Positions 37,220-51,125 of a stretch of 64,000 nt of DNA are shown in pieces. Position 1 is the first letter of the stretch. Each line of letters starts with the position of its first letter. The translations under genes were made by a program, and so were the position numbers. The notes under the pieces were generated by a model, which was not told the origin of the DNA, searched no databases, and was given only the letters and a program-made list of their open reading frames with translations. Source of the DNA: Phoronis australis (lineage: Eukaryota; Animalia; Phoronida). The stretch spans positions 437,625 through 501,624 of the forward strand of contig NMRA01000081.1 of NCBI GenBank assembly GCA_002633005.1, written 5' to 3'.

Positions 37220-37633
37220 AGTGCTTTCCCACTAGATGCGAAACATTGCTTCGAGCGAAGTTTCGGCAATTGAGAAAGTTTAACTCTGATAGGTAATATA
37301 CAAGGGAAACTTCGCTGAAAATAATAGGATTTAAAAGCAAAGCTTCGGTACTCACCAAAACAGTGGTGTAGTGGGAAAGGTAAGAGTGAAACTTCGGCAA
37401 CATTATCGGCAACGATATAGGATCACGCAAGATAAAGAATGACACCGATCATTTTCATAAGCACTGGTAAACGGCGGGAGAACAATTTTCAATATGCTTT
37501 TGAGAGTATGAATTTTTCTCCGGTGACTAAATGGCCATATGGCGATAACTTCCATATCGCTGTCTACTGGAAAAGGCAATCAAAGTTTCAGCGAAGCTTC
37601 GATGAACTGAAGTTCCCCTGTTGGGAAAACACC
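37220..37633. mobile_element. Possible MITE with repeated subterminal AACTTCG/CGAAG motifs
   Basis: GTGCTTTCCCA vs TGGGAAAACAC ends, several cttcg/cgaag motifs, CpG-rich; no TSD resolved. Confidence 0.3.
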
Positions 37634-40600
37634 TACAGACTAAAAGATGTCAAGTTTATTTCATTTTCTGATATTTTTGGCAACTAGAAGTTTATGTAGT
37701 GATCTTACTCTCTTTCCAATCCTGACCACCACATGGGAAAATAGCTCAATCTCACTGACTGTAACCATATGTCTAGGACCTTGAAAGTAAGACAGCTATT
37801 TCAGCAATACTAGGTCTGCAGTACTGCTCTAAAGTAAAAACTTTATTACTCCGAAATTGTAATTAACTCACCAATATTTCATGAATTTAACTTGGATGGA
37901 ACACTGGTACTTTGTTTATCCATTTTAACTTAATTACAGTTATGAAAAACAAGATCATTATTTTTTCTCGAAACTATTACATATTTTTCCATCTTCTTTC
38001 AAAAATATTAATTTTAATTTTCTAAAAATGTGTATGTGAATTTTTCTTGTCTTAAGCTTAAAAACTATTGCCTGAGCCCTTGATGCCTTGATTTTGGGGC
38101 CGATTATCGGCCCCATTATCTTCTGTAAAATATTTAAAAATCCTGCAAAATTCACCTCGCCAGGCCTCAAATTTCCCTCCAATGGTTAAAAAATTCACCT
38201 TCAGCTCGCACAGCCCTCCACCCTCCCCTGGCTTCAATTTTTATTAACTACCAGCATCGTCGCTAATTGCAATCATCCTTTCACAGGATTTAGAACCTCA
38301 GTGTGATCTGATTGCATAGTATTGAGAAAAGAAAGTCATTCATGGGAGTCTTGGGCTGAGTTTCGTAAACACAAGAATCCCAAGAAGGAAGCCAGTGTTA
38401 TAACGTGCTTTGCTTGTAGTAACATGGTAGTTAGCTCGAGAAGTCTCGTCTGATCTTGCATTTTCGCAAGGCCTTTGAATCTCTGGATACAAGGCCAGCT
38501 CAGGTTCCCTATCTGACACCACTACTATTAGGCTTGTGGGTTTACAAGAAAGCCCACATTTTTGACTAAGTGGTCTCCTCTAGTGTGCTGTGTATAAAGT
38601 GGCACTTTGAAACAAACACTATTTTAGTTTTGGCTACTTGAGACACTGGCCATGAAGGCTGAATTGGTGATCTGGGGAGGGGGGAGGGTTTCTCCCAATT
38701 TAACTGAAGTTCCCCTCACAGAAGGTACACTGGCACTCCTTTCTCATCAGATGGCTGAGGCCTGGGCAATGGCACTTCCTAATTCATCCTTTGCGTGGGA
38801 AGATTTTATACAGATTAGGTTAATAACCCTGACATATGGACACTTTACTATGTGAACCTTTCCAGTGTAGACTGACACCTTTAGAGGCAGTTGGAGTCTT
38901 TGGCAACTGAATTCCTTTACAGTCTATGTGCTTGAGGTCAAAGAGAAACCTACAGAGGGTTATGGGGAGGTCACCTGTCTTCCAGCTAGTCAGAGGTGGC
39001 ACTGCATGGGAGGGACTTGTCTACGGAGGACCCTCACTGCCTGCAAAGAAACTTGTTTCCTACTACCAGACATTTTGGGTTTCTTTTTAGGGCAGTCCCA
39101 AGAAGGAAAACACGCACAAGGATACAATTAACTGGTGACAGTAGTGACTTGTAATAACATGTATGACTACTTAATCACTGCATTTTGTTTTCAACTATAT
39201 TTTCATTTCTAGTTGCTTGCTATATTCTTATGTACTTGTTAGTTGGAGAGCATGATTCAACTTTTGTACCAGCAAATGGCCTTGCGACAAATACTTTGAA
39301 CCTGGAACAGTGGAAAGTTGTACCTGCAAACTCTTTATGAGACTTGCCGCACACTGGGTTTGGTTGATGTTAAAAAGAACATGCTTATTTTTCACAACCA
39401 AGGCTTTTATTTCAAGGCACGGGTATGTCAGGTAAACAAACAATCATTCATTTATGTTACTGCTACACATTATGAGGGACACGTGAAAACGATGCGTCAG
39501 CACTTTTTTCCAAGAACACAATTTCTGCTTGAATATCAGTGTTCCAAATTTTAGAGAGTGCCCCAAACTGGAGAATTTTACCCTATGTGTATTGTGTACT
39601 AACAGAAGTTGGCACAGAAAAGTTGTCACCATGGAATTGGTTTTGACACTAAATTCTTTAGTAGAGCAACTTAATCCCATCATTTTATTCCATGTCAACT
39701 ATACGTCTATGTGACAAGGTGGAAGCGATCATGTTTAATATTTATGCATATTTATGCGCAATAGCATATACATATGGGTGTTCATTTTCATGCCATATCC
39801 ACAAATTGCCAACTTTCCTTTGTCTTTTAGTTGTGTATTATAATAACCCTTATGTCTACAAATTTGGTCTAAATATGCAAAACATTTGCATACGGTAATT
39901 TTCTCTTTCTCAACATCTATATGTAACTGAGCATGCGTACTCCACCTTTTTGTTTACTCATGATGCATCTTGTCGCTGTTTCTCAGTTGCCAGTGTGTAA
40001 ACCCCAGCTTGGCACTGGTTATCTTACTGCCGTCAGTTTACACCACATCAGCCTGAACTGGGGTCTTGAATTTCGTTGGATAGAGAACCATTTCTAAAGT
40101 TTAAGCCAAAAATAAATAGTTGGGTTGTGCACTTCAGTCAAGTGAACAGTGGCTTTGAGAGACATTGTTTACAGCCCACTCTGAATGCAAAAATCCTGGC
40201 ACAAGCCAGCTGTCAGCATTAGGGTCCAATGAGTTTTAATGAGAATGTATAGGGCCAATTCCTAATGGGAATGGCTGCAAAATTAAGTTGGTAAATACCA
40301 GATGTCACATCTGCAAAAGTCGTTGAAATTTTTCCAGTAATATTATAAGGGGCATCATAAGTTCAGATTTTTCTCTGGTGGATTTCTAAGTGTTGTGTAG
40401 AAAAACTGATTTTAGTGACACAGCCTGGCTTGAACTTGAAGGCCATGTCAAACTGATGTATTCCTTTCCTGGTTTATACTAGATCAAGATGAAATTACAG
40501 ACCAGTTACAGGGCTTGTCTCTTCCATTCAGAATACTGTTATAACCATCTTCCTGTTTTTTATCGTATTAGCCTTTTTTCAATATATAGCATATTTGTTT

Positions 40601-41234
40601 CAGGTGAGTTAGGTGGAGTAACAGTAATGCAGGTCTGACCATTTTAATTCAGTCCAAAACAAAAATGTAACTCAAATTTACGCTTCATTGAGTCACATGA
40701 AAAGGTTACCACAAACAATGCAGCAGAGGAGATAAATAATTGCAGCTCAGTACAGTTACTTCCCACTCCTATGGGTTCACACTCTTATTTATCGAGTTAA
40801 TAAATTTTTCACATTATTCCCTTCGCATGCCTGTGACCAGTTGTACCGGTGTAGCTGGAAGTATTCAACAAGTTGGGCCAAATGTGAAACTGTTTCGCAG
40901 GAGGGGGGAGGGGGGTTTGCTGAAATGTGTGGCAACCTTGGGGCACTTTGCAATGAACAGGGGTGCTCATGCAAAATTCAAATGTTTCGAACAAGGAAAG
41001 TTTTTTGCAATGAACAAGGGACATGCACCTGTTGTGCTTCTGTGGCTACACCAGAGTTGTATTTTCTGTGTATTGCTGTTGAAACGCTCTGGACTCTTAT
41101 TTACCCAGAACAAATGTGCCTTTTAATCAGCCAGATAATTTTGTTGCAGCTTGTACCATGCCTTTTTCGAATAGCATCGATTAGATATTCTTTATTGTGT
41201 ATCCTCAAAATACTCTTACCAAATTTTAATTAAA

Positions 41235-41353
41235 AAGTGAAGGTAGTGTAAAGTTTCTGTAGATCGCTTACCAAGTGAAGGTAGTGTAAAGTTCGTGTAG
41301 GCCACTTACCAAGTGAAGGTAGTGTAAAGTTTCTGTAGACCACTTACCAAGTG
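41235..41353 (+). repeat. 38-bp tandem repeat x3
   Basis: AAGTGAAGGTAGTGTAAAGTTTCTGTAGACCACTTACC units. Confidence 0.9.
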
Positions 41354-43664
41354 CTATGAAACTGATTGCAACCTGCTCCATACTGAGATGGGAAGCAGTT
41401 TCAGGGCTTGGAAACAGCAGGCAATCTGTTACTGAAGATGATGCTTAGCTCTTAACATGAGCCTTCATGACAGGACAACTTGTTGAGCTTATCTGAAACA
41501 ATGATCAACGGTCATTTCTGTCCAAGCCCCAGCAATCATCGCTAATTTGAGTAAGGAACAGGTTGAGACCAATTTCAAATTGTAGGGGTTCTAAATCAAA
41601 AGTTATTTTTTGATAGACATCTTGTTAGAAAGATGGATTGTGCTACTGGTTATTGATATACTTTATGTGCCACGTTTGGTTTCTGTTATTGTGTGGGTAA
41701 TGAAAACACGTCCTGATATTATTCACCTGCCTGTGTTAATTTATTCTTGATAGTAAGAAAATATGAAAAATATGATTCATAGACTATTTTCTATGATGTT
41801 TTGATATAGAAAAAATCAAATTGCGGTGGATGATGAATTTGCTATGGCCCTCATATAAGGGTGTGCCTTCTGGTATTAAAATATCTTCATAAAATATTGC
41901 AAAGTTTTCTAATTTTGAATAGGACATGAGGGATTTACCTTACGAGGACAGCATTCTATTTAGAAAAGTGTTTCTACATCAGATTTCATGGAAATCTGCT
42001 GGGCTGTCATATTTTGATTCTTCAGAAGAAATTGAATGTACCCAATTTATGTGTATTTTGTCATGAAATTGTAAGCAAAACATTTTTGCAAACACCTTAA
42101 TTGGCCCTACCAGCCCCCAAATCACAGCTGAATCCTTTAGGTGTAATCTTCATTTTCAAACATTTTTTTAATGTATTTTTAAATTTTTTACCACATTGCT
42201 GTAAACTGTAACAGTTTCACGTTTCATCATTTTGTGTTGAGAATTTTTAATATAGAATAGATTGCCCTTTTTATGATGTGCCATAAATTACTTAAAGCGC
42301 CATTCCACTGATGGGGTGAGAGGAAATGTATTTCTGTAAAACATTGCTTGTGATCAATGGTCAGCTATTGAAAATCATTAGAGCCTTGTCATAGTCTGGT
42401 TCAAGGTTCAGTACATGAAAATCATTGGTCGTTTGTGGAGGTATTGGTCTGCCCCTGACATACATGTCAACCCCCTTAGGTACCCACCTGTATCATCTTC
42501 TGCAAACATCCATATTTAAAGAAAAAATTCATAAAATCTCTAAAAACTCGATTGCAATGTGATGTTTTAATAATTCGATGAAATAACAGACATGCTCATA
42601 CAAACTAGTGAGTAGCACAGCTGCATTAAACAATATATGAACTGATTATATTCATCATGCATCACACGTGCACCCGTGTTTTTAGATTTTTAGTTGGTGG
42701 ATGAATGCTCCTGGTTGTACTCAGATTTTGCTTTTTTGTAAGGTGTAGTTTTTGAGTTTTCGTCCACCAGGCTTAGTAACTGTTTGTATAATTAATTCTG
42801 TGACACTGAAGTATGCAAAAAACTCTTATTTGTTGCATGCTATGTAATGTATATTGCAGTCTCTCAGTCTCAACACAGTTTTTGCCCCAACATTTGAAAG
42901 TTCTTCAACAGCCTTCTGAAAGTAGTTAGATTGCACATATTTGTGGTTGTTATCATCCTGGAAGATTAGGCTGAGATAACCTAGTTTTTTCCTAATCATA
43001 GTTAATTAGAATTGGATCTTGAGGCAAGGATGCCACAAATAGCATTCTCCTAGTATAATTGTAACCTTCTCACAGTTCTGTTTCAGTGTGTAATTTCTTC
43101 TTAAGGTTATGCAAAACCCTAGGCAGTGCCACCGTCTGAACTGGGCCAGTGTAGCTGGCTCAGACTATGATCATCCCATAGGGTCGCCATATGCGGGAAG
43201 CTTTCTATCCGAATAGTCCTTCATTCAGTTACCAAAACCGGGAACTGATTTGATTGCATCACTGCTATTTCATGTAAGTTTTTAAATCAGATCGAGATTG
43301 ACCCCCATGACCTTGTGAATAAGCCAATCACTAATGTACTATACTGGTGATCCGTTAGAATTCGCCAGTGCGCGAAACTTGGCCATCAATGTCGCACCTG
43401 TCGTACCTGTACAAAAAGGTGTCATTGACGAAGGGAGAAAGGTATTGTAAAGAAATCTTAATTACCGAAATATTTGTTCGAGCTGAAAGGAATTAAAAGT
43501 CATCAACGTCCTCCTTAAGTGTTCATGCAGCATCACTTTGATGGTTCAGTCAATGTGAGGCATAATTGTCTAAGAACCTTCTTGTACACAGGCTACCTTA
43601 GGATGTGCCATCACCTGGTATTGCAAAAATTCTTCAGTTTAGGACACAAGTAAGGAGCACGACC

Positions 43665-44100
43665 CTAGAAAGGGTATTTCAAATTTGGCTAACTTTGTAA
43701 TGTGTAATGCCATATCTCATAAATGGCTGACCAAAATCATATGAAACTATCAGGCACTATGGTTTGTACACTGTTCTACAAAACACTGCTAGGAATTGTT
43801 TTTAAAATGCTACACGTTTGCAAAGTTCGATTAAATGAAAACGAAATAATTTAAAAAACTAATAGCATTATTGAGATGTTATCGTGAAGATTTACATCAA
43901 GTTTGGTCACAGATGCCTTTCTTTTGTTATCAATGTATCTTCCTTTTTGCTAAATTTTATTAAAAACACATGGTCACATGACCTGATGTAGTTGAATATT
44001 GATAACCAGTCAAAACTTAAATTGTAAAGGTTTTCTACTTTAAATAAAATGTGTGTGTTTACTGAGTTAAAATGTATAGTTTTCTAGATATTTGGCTAAA
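43665..44100 (+). repeat. Dispersed repeat family A, copy 2
   Basis: Similarity blocks shared with 7730-8210. Confidence 0.65.
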
Positions 44101-47100
44101 CTTACAGGTGGCACTTGTTGGTAAGGTCTTGCATAACCTAAAGTCATTTTTTGAGCAAGTTACTCCTCAGTAATTGCACTTGCAAGAAATATTCATATTG
44201 TGACGTGGCTACATCAGACATATGGATGGCAATACTATATCAGACGTATATGGACGGCAGTACTTAAGTGTAATTTGCTCAAGAACACTTCCATTTCTCT
44301 AAAGCCCACTTTGCTACTTGTTCAGATCTTTGGCCAAGTAAAATTAAATTAATCTTTTGCATATGATAAAATCTCCAATTATTAAATTCTAATTTAGAAC
44401 ATGTCATGGTGGACATGTGAATTTTATTTTTTTTCATTCATTAATATAATTAAGTTGTACTAAAATAATCGACTTAAGGATTTAAAGTTCTATGCCACAT
44501 TTGTTTGAACAGCAAAAAAGAGAAATAAGGCAGTTTGCAACTGCTGTTCCTTTGTTGATGTGACTCCACCTGTATAATATAACCTGCCTGAGCAACAATG
44601 GGACAACTTGGCTTGTTTACATTACTGCACAATAGAGTGCTCATCTATTGTAGTACCCCCAACCTAAGTTGTGAAATTTGAATGGGAGAGCCTATTATGT
44701 GCTGTAATGTGTAATACCTTGTTAACTTTTGCTCATTGAAATATTGAAATATTATTGTGTAGTTTCACATGAATGGGCATTACTTTGCAAAATAATCTCT
44801 GGTGGTTGCTGTGGTATAGACCTTGATCTCAGAAAAGCATTTGATTGGATGCTACATATCTTTTATGGTAAAAATAATCAGAATATAAAATATTACTTGT
44901 CCACCATATTGTATGCTAAATTGGTGAGATTTCAAATTTCATCGTAGTAGTTCTTGTTTGGTGAACTTGCTGACAATTGCTTCATGGTCATGTTAAATGT
45001 TATTCTTCAAATGGTGAAAAGTGGTCTAATTCAGCTAAAGCATCGTCTAAGAGGCATTGCGTGATGTCCTGATATTGTGCTTAAAATGCACTGTAAAATC
45101 ATTTCCTATTTAATAAACTAATGTACTGAGAAAATCTGGCGCTGAATACTGAATAGAAGTGTATTAACGGTAGTTTACAGCTTGATTGTGAAATATGTTG
45201 GAACACATATTTGGATATTTTGTGACAGTTTAATATTAAATCACATAACTTACAAAATGTGAGAAATAGCTTTGTGATGTTTTGAGTTTTGAAATTAATG
45301 TACTCGGATGTATTTCTCTCGTCTCTTTACTTGCAAGAAATTAAGGACCAGTTTTGGAAATTGTTTTGTCTGAGCTTGTTGGGATTTTACTGCGGTGGCT
45401 AAAAACTTACCATTGAAGTAGACTATTACTACAGTGGTGTGTCGGCTATCATTGGCTGAAACACTTAAGTCAAATTGATGTATTTTTAATTCTGTGTAAT
45501 TTAACACAAGTCGCATGACTTTTGTTTTATGTTTTAATAACTGCCAGTTTAGGCTCTCTAAAAAACACATTACTTCTCCAAGTTGCAATGACCCAAAAAT
45601 GTAACATCAAAGTCAAAGTGTTCAGATCAAAGACGAGAAATAATGATGTATGCACGCATTTGTGCTTGAACAACTGTTAGTATTTTGCTAATCTCTGAGT
45701 GGTGATCTTTCAAGCATTTTGGCAACATTTGAAGTGGAGTTGAACGTGTAGTTCAGCTTTCTTCTGTATTTCCTGGTATAGTTTCCAAGGTGGCTCTCTC
45801 TCTCAAGATGGGTTTGATAGAATGGGTATCTTATCCGTATGTTGAGGCTGAATATTTTGGCAATGTCATGACGGGTATACTGAGAAGGAAGTAAATAAAG
45901 ATGTATCGTGTCTTGGCCTTGTTCTGGAATGTGTTTACTGGCACTCTGTTGTTTATTAGGTGAATGAGAACCCTTAAGCTCTCTCTCTCTCAAGCAAAAA
46001 ATGAACTTGTTGTTTTTCTTAATGTCTTTAGTGATAAGCGGATTTAAATAAGACAACTCGTAGGCTAACACTATTTGCACACAATAAGGCAAGAATGCAT
46101 GCATCTTTTGCCCCTGAGTCTCCAGCGAAGTTCTCAGCACATCAAAGGCTTGATGGCGCTGCCACAGATTTAAGCAAGCAAGTCACTATTCATGGGTGTG
46201 GGTGAATATGTATTAGATAATTGCTGCCATAACAACCTGTCTCTTAAGTGTATGAGATTCAAAGTAAAAAACGACCGACTTGACTATTTGTAAAATTGAA
46301 AAGTAAATATTAGCCGTCTTCAAATTTTTAAAATCCGTGCATTATTAGAGAAATTAACAAATAGGTTTTCTTCAGCAGCGTGGCTCAGACAAGCACATTA
46401 ATTAACTTTATCAAAAGACAGTTTAGTCATAGTCAGGCTGAAAGTGTTGGGGTGGCAAAAGGCAAAATGTTAGTGTTCAAGTTGCCTCATGTTGGAGAAG
46501 GGGCTTAGGGGATCTGGGCCAGATTGCATGAAACAGTCTCAAATAGGGACTCCACTAAGCTCCCTAATATATCTGCATATTTGTGGGCTTGTGAAAATAC
46601 TGATTGTCCTTTCTGATGCTGTTTGAGTATCATTATGAAGCCAATTTTTGGCTTTGATACAAATCAAAATTGAACTCTGCGTTGAATTCTCAATATTATT
46701 TAAAATAAATAGGGACTTTTTCATGCAATGTCACTAATTTAAGGACTAAGTCCCAATTATTTTGATTGAATTAAGGACTCAGTTTTCAGTTGTATTATTG
46801 GAAAATGTCATCATTCAAAAAGAAGCTCATTATAAAGTTAAAATAATAGAAAAAATAACAAAACAAATAATTATGTAGATTTAGGGAACTTAGTTGAGTC
46901 CCTATTTGGGATTGTTGCATGCAACCGCCCACTGCTCCCCCATCTATGGACATGACCAAAAAACTTTCAGTTATAGATCAAATTAGGGATGGGGTTTGGG
47001 TTCGTCTAATAGACACAAAAAAGGCTGAACATGCCATATTTAGGATTTATGTGGACATTTTCGTTCTAAAATTGTGTCGACAACCTTCAGCCCTTCCTTA

Positions 47101-47424
47101 TGACATCCTAAGTCTGCCAGTGTTTGAAAATAAAATGTTCACAACAATCAATCAAGAGCTGCTGTTTGTTTCTCATATTGGATAGGGGCTGGGAGATTAG
47201 GGTTGCTACTACATTTTCACTGAAAATCCATTCCATTGCACTGAGAAAATGGGCACCGGAGGCAATTGAAGAAAAACCCTACCAAATAGATCACCTTGGA
47301 TTTGTTGATCTAATTGTGAAATTTAAGTATTTATCAAAAGCTTCAGACTGAGTTTAATTTTTCATTTTTGTGTTGTTGGAAAGAATCTCTGTACGTATGT
47401 GATGATCATTTATTTCTGTTTTAG

Positions 47425-47553
47425 ATGCATCCCAGTGGGTTGTGCAATATATTTGATGATGAAGACATTATCGAATATGGCTCTATAGGTGTTGTGAAAA
47501 TGGAGGACCCTGCCTTTTCCATGGAACACTGTGACCTGTCATTGTTCCTGAAG
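47425..47553 (+). CDS. ZNRF3: ZNRF3-like exon 2 (MHPSGLCN...EHCDLSLFLK)
   Basis: Acceptor ttctgttttag, donor AAG|gtaagt, both ectodomain cysteines present. Confidence 0.93.
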
Positions 47554-49943
47554 GTAAGTACTTTACAATTATGTCTCCTAGGGATTTTGCAAAATTTTAT
47601 ACACATTACTGACTATACATACATTTAGGCCTGTGTGACTGTATTTTGAATTTTTTGTGTTTTGCATACATGTGCACATATATGGTCACATGAACTTCTT
47701 GTTAGTTTTTCCCAGCTTATTTACCGTATAACATCATCGCCTTTATTTTCATCCCTGTCTAAGTACTATAAATTGCTATTTTCGACTTGATTACTGGATA
47801 GACTAGAGATTCCCACAGGATTAGGTCAAATTGTAAAGCACTGAAAAGACTAATCGAAAATCACTGATATGTCCACATCCAGTTTGTTTCCCATTAGGCA
47901 CAATTGCTCGTAAAGTTGTATTTTCTACTTTCCCATGTTTAAAAACCAACTCTGGCTGCTGTCTTCCTTGAGAGGTATGCACATTGGGTCACCTATGACA
48001 TCACTTTCTGGAAAATTTGGAGGTTTACAAATTTTACTTTGACATTCAACATTTCTCATTTATTTGATTATATAAGTGGTCATGTAATAATTTTATATTA
48101 TACAACTAAAAAACGCGAAATAGGTATAGTGGAAAGTTTTTTACTAGTTCACATGTGGTCTGATATCCTAGCAGATCAGACATCTCATACATAATCTGGA
48201 ACAATTCCCATGTGAACTCTCGCCAGAGTGTGATCTACCTTCTTATTGTCTGCCCCCCCACAAATTAAGCGACAGATCTGCCTTCTTATTGTGAGTTAGG
48301 CTCTCTTTACTCACACTCATCGCACATGATTGGCCAGAATATTATCGTTTTCGTAATAGGGCTGATAAATGTAGAACATTCTTTTTAAGCGTATGTCCTA
48401 AAAAATTTGCATCTGAGTATTTATACTTATTGAATGAGTGCTGCAATGGAAGTTTTTAAAGGAGTTATGAAAAAACTGATACATAATTTTTGAGGTTCCA
48501 TTATTCAGTCGAAACAGAAGCTTTAAACTCAGCCACTGTAATTGTTTTTTTTTTCAAAGAACTCATTTTATTTTTTATTGGCAAAGTTTTTAAAGTACTT
48601 TTTCATGTCTAGAAATATGTAAAGGTTAAATTCAGTCAGTCGCATTCAAAGGTGGTTGTACATTTTAAAGGTTATTACTTAACCTTCAGGAGACCAGCAA
48701 GCGAGGTTGATTTGCAGGCTTCTAAGACAATTAGTCATAGTCCGTTAAATGGCAGAAACTATAAGCTGTTAATGCATTGCCAGACACAATGTCTGAGATT
48801 TGAATGAGCATATGCATTCCATTTGCGAAAAAATATCAAAATGTTTTTATTATTCTAATCTCTTTTTTACGCATTCATGCTTGCTGAATGGTCTGGGGAA
48901 ATGATTATCTGTTTGGTTCTATTAAACAAGCTCATGATGACGCCTAGTCTATAGACGTAGTGACAAGGTGATGTTAGTAAATGACTTGCAACTTGCGTGT
49001 TGTAACAAAAATGATGTTCAATGTACACCGCTATATTATGCATATATCATGCTAAGTAACGTGTGTTTTGTCATTGAATAGATTGATTTTCCTACAAAAA
49101 GTTGTTTTTCATTAATAAAACCAACTACTTTATGAAAACCACTCACAATGCTTAATGTCATGTGAGAAATCTGCATTTTTTTCCACTGAGTGGTTTCTTA
49201 TTCAGAAGGTTTACATCGCACAATAATTTTCATTTTGAATGGTAAACATTTTCCTGTTTGGGACACTCTAAAATTTGGAACGTGGAATTTCAGGGCAAAA
49301 TTGAGTTTTCTTGGTTCTGAAGATTGGGACACGGTGGATATTGGCATTATTGATATTTCTCGAATTTTGGACACCCCGTTTTATGTCAACAGAGTCTGAA
49401 AATAATACTTGGGAGTTGATAAAGCATCAAAAAATGACTGCCAACGCAACATCTTCCTACGTGCTCATAGTGTGTAGCAAACAGGAGAATGACAGTTTGT
49501 CATTGGCCGTAATTCTTAAATTTGGGACAGTTAATATTTCCTATTTCTAAAATTTTGGTTCAAGTTCCGACCTTTGGCTAAATAATAATTTTTCAGTGTC
49601 CCGCACTGGACATTTTTTTACGGTAAATGAGGAACAGTTAAGCCTGTGATAGTGTTGATTGGCAGCATATCTGTGTGATATTTTGCTGACTTAAAAAATT
49701 CAAAATGTATTGCATGCTTTAAGGATTATTATTCCACTTCTGTTCAGTTAAAAACTTGATGAAAGAAATTTGACTGTAAACTTAATCCAGGTGAAGTTTT
49801 TAATATTTTTTTCAACATGTAATTAGATGTCTTCAAAATAACGAGAGTTAGATGTAGAATTTTTGCAAATTTCTGGATGCGCATCGCCAAAATAGCCACC
49901 ACAGTGGAATGTCATTGAACTGATTTCTAGTAAAAATTTCAAA

Positions 49944-50117
49944 TATACAGTGTAGTGTAATTTATGAAATGTTCCTATACACAGTGTAGTGTAATTTATG
50001 AAATGTTCCTATACACAGTGTAGTGTAATTTATGAAATGTTCCTATACACAGTGTAGTATAATTCATGAAATGTTCCTATACACAGTGTAGTGTAATTTA
50101 TGAAATGTTCCTATACA
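49944..50117 (+). repeat. 34-bp tandem repeat x5
   Basis: ATACACAGTGTAGTGTAATTTATGAAATGTTCCT units. Confidence 0.95.
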
Positions 50118-50819
50118 GAAAGTGGTAGAAGTAATCTGCTCGTGGTCTAGGACTAATTTCTGATTGGGCCAAAATCAGTGGTCAGTGGTTATCTTGAATT
50201 TGATGTCTTGATGCGATATTTTTAAATCCCGTGATATCAACTGAAACGGTGGGTCAGCGGCTATTTTACAAAAAATCGCCAGATATGAGCTTTTAAGTAG
50301 GCACTGCTTCATCTATACACAATCACCATGCCACCTATAAGTGGATGTGAATACTATAAAACAGTGCCACTATCTTCTGCGTGTTCGCTGACTGCTGACA
50401 ATAACGCAGGAATGAAGATAATTAAAATTTTCTACAAATATTTCTGCCGTGTTGGAGATGCGCAGCTTGAGAAAAATGCAGATAAAAACCTTCAATAACC
50501 GCATACCTCTTGAACCCCATATAGGGTCTGGTATGTTGTTAATAACGGTAGAATCATTTAGTTGGTGATAATATATCTAACTATCTGTACTCAAAGTACA
50601 TATGTATTGAACATGAATATTCATGATGTTTTTTAAGTTCATAAGATGCTGCTTTATCAAGGTTTTGTAGGACCTAAGCATAATGTTCAAATTTGGCTAA
50701 TTTGGAAATATAATATCGAGGCTGATTGGATTCATATGAATCTTTTGTTTACTGCGTTTCTTACACAGCTCTCCAAAAGGCTGTTAAACATCATTTGTAA
50801 AATTTTCCACTTTTCTGAG

Positions 50820-51125
50820 AGGCTAACAATTAATGCAGCACTTTCGTGATTTTTGTGAAAAGAAATTTGCATGATATGAAAGCGAAATAATAATTTAGAA
50901 AACTGTAACAGCATTTTTGACATTTCATCATGAATATTTGTAACAAATTAAATTTGATCACTTTTTTGCTAAATTTTACTAAAAGCACATGATCACATGA
51001 CACAGTTAATAGTATTGGTATAGAATAACAAGTCAAATTGTAAAGACTTTCTATTATCAGAATATATATATATATATATATACTTTTCCTGAATTAAAAT
51101 CAGTAGTTCTGTAGACATTTGGCTT
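50820..51125 (+). repeat. Dispersed repeat family A, partial copy 3, containing an expanded (TA)n
   Basis: ttttgctaaattttactaaaagcacatgatcacatgac and cagaatatata...cttttcctgaattaaa match the other copies. Confidence 0.6.

Noticed and set aside
45688-46140. 150-aa minus-strand ORF in ZNRF3 intron 1 as a nested gene
   Set aside because: Non-ATG start, no recognisable domain, no supporting splice partners
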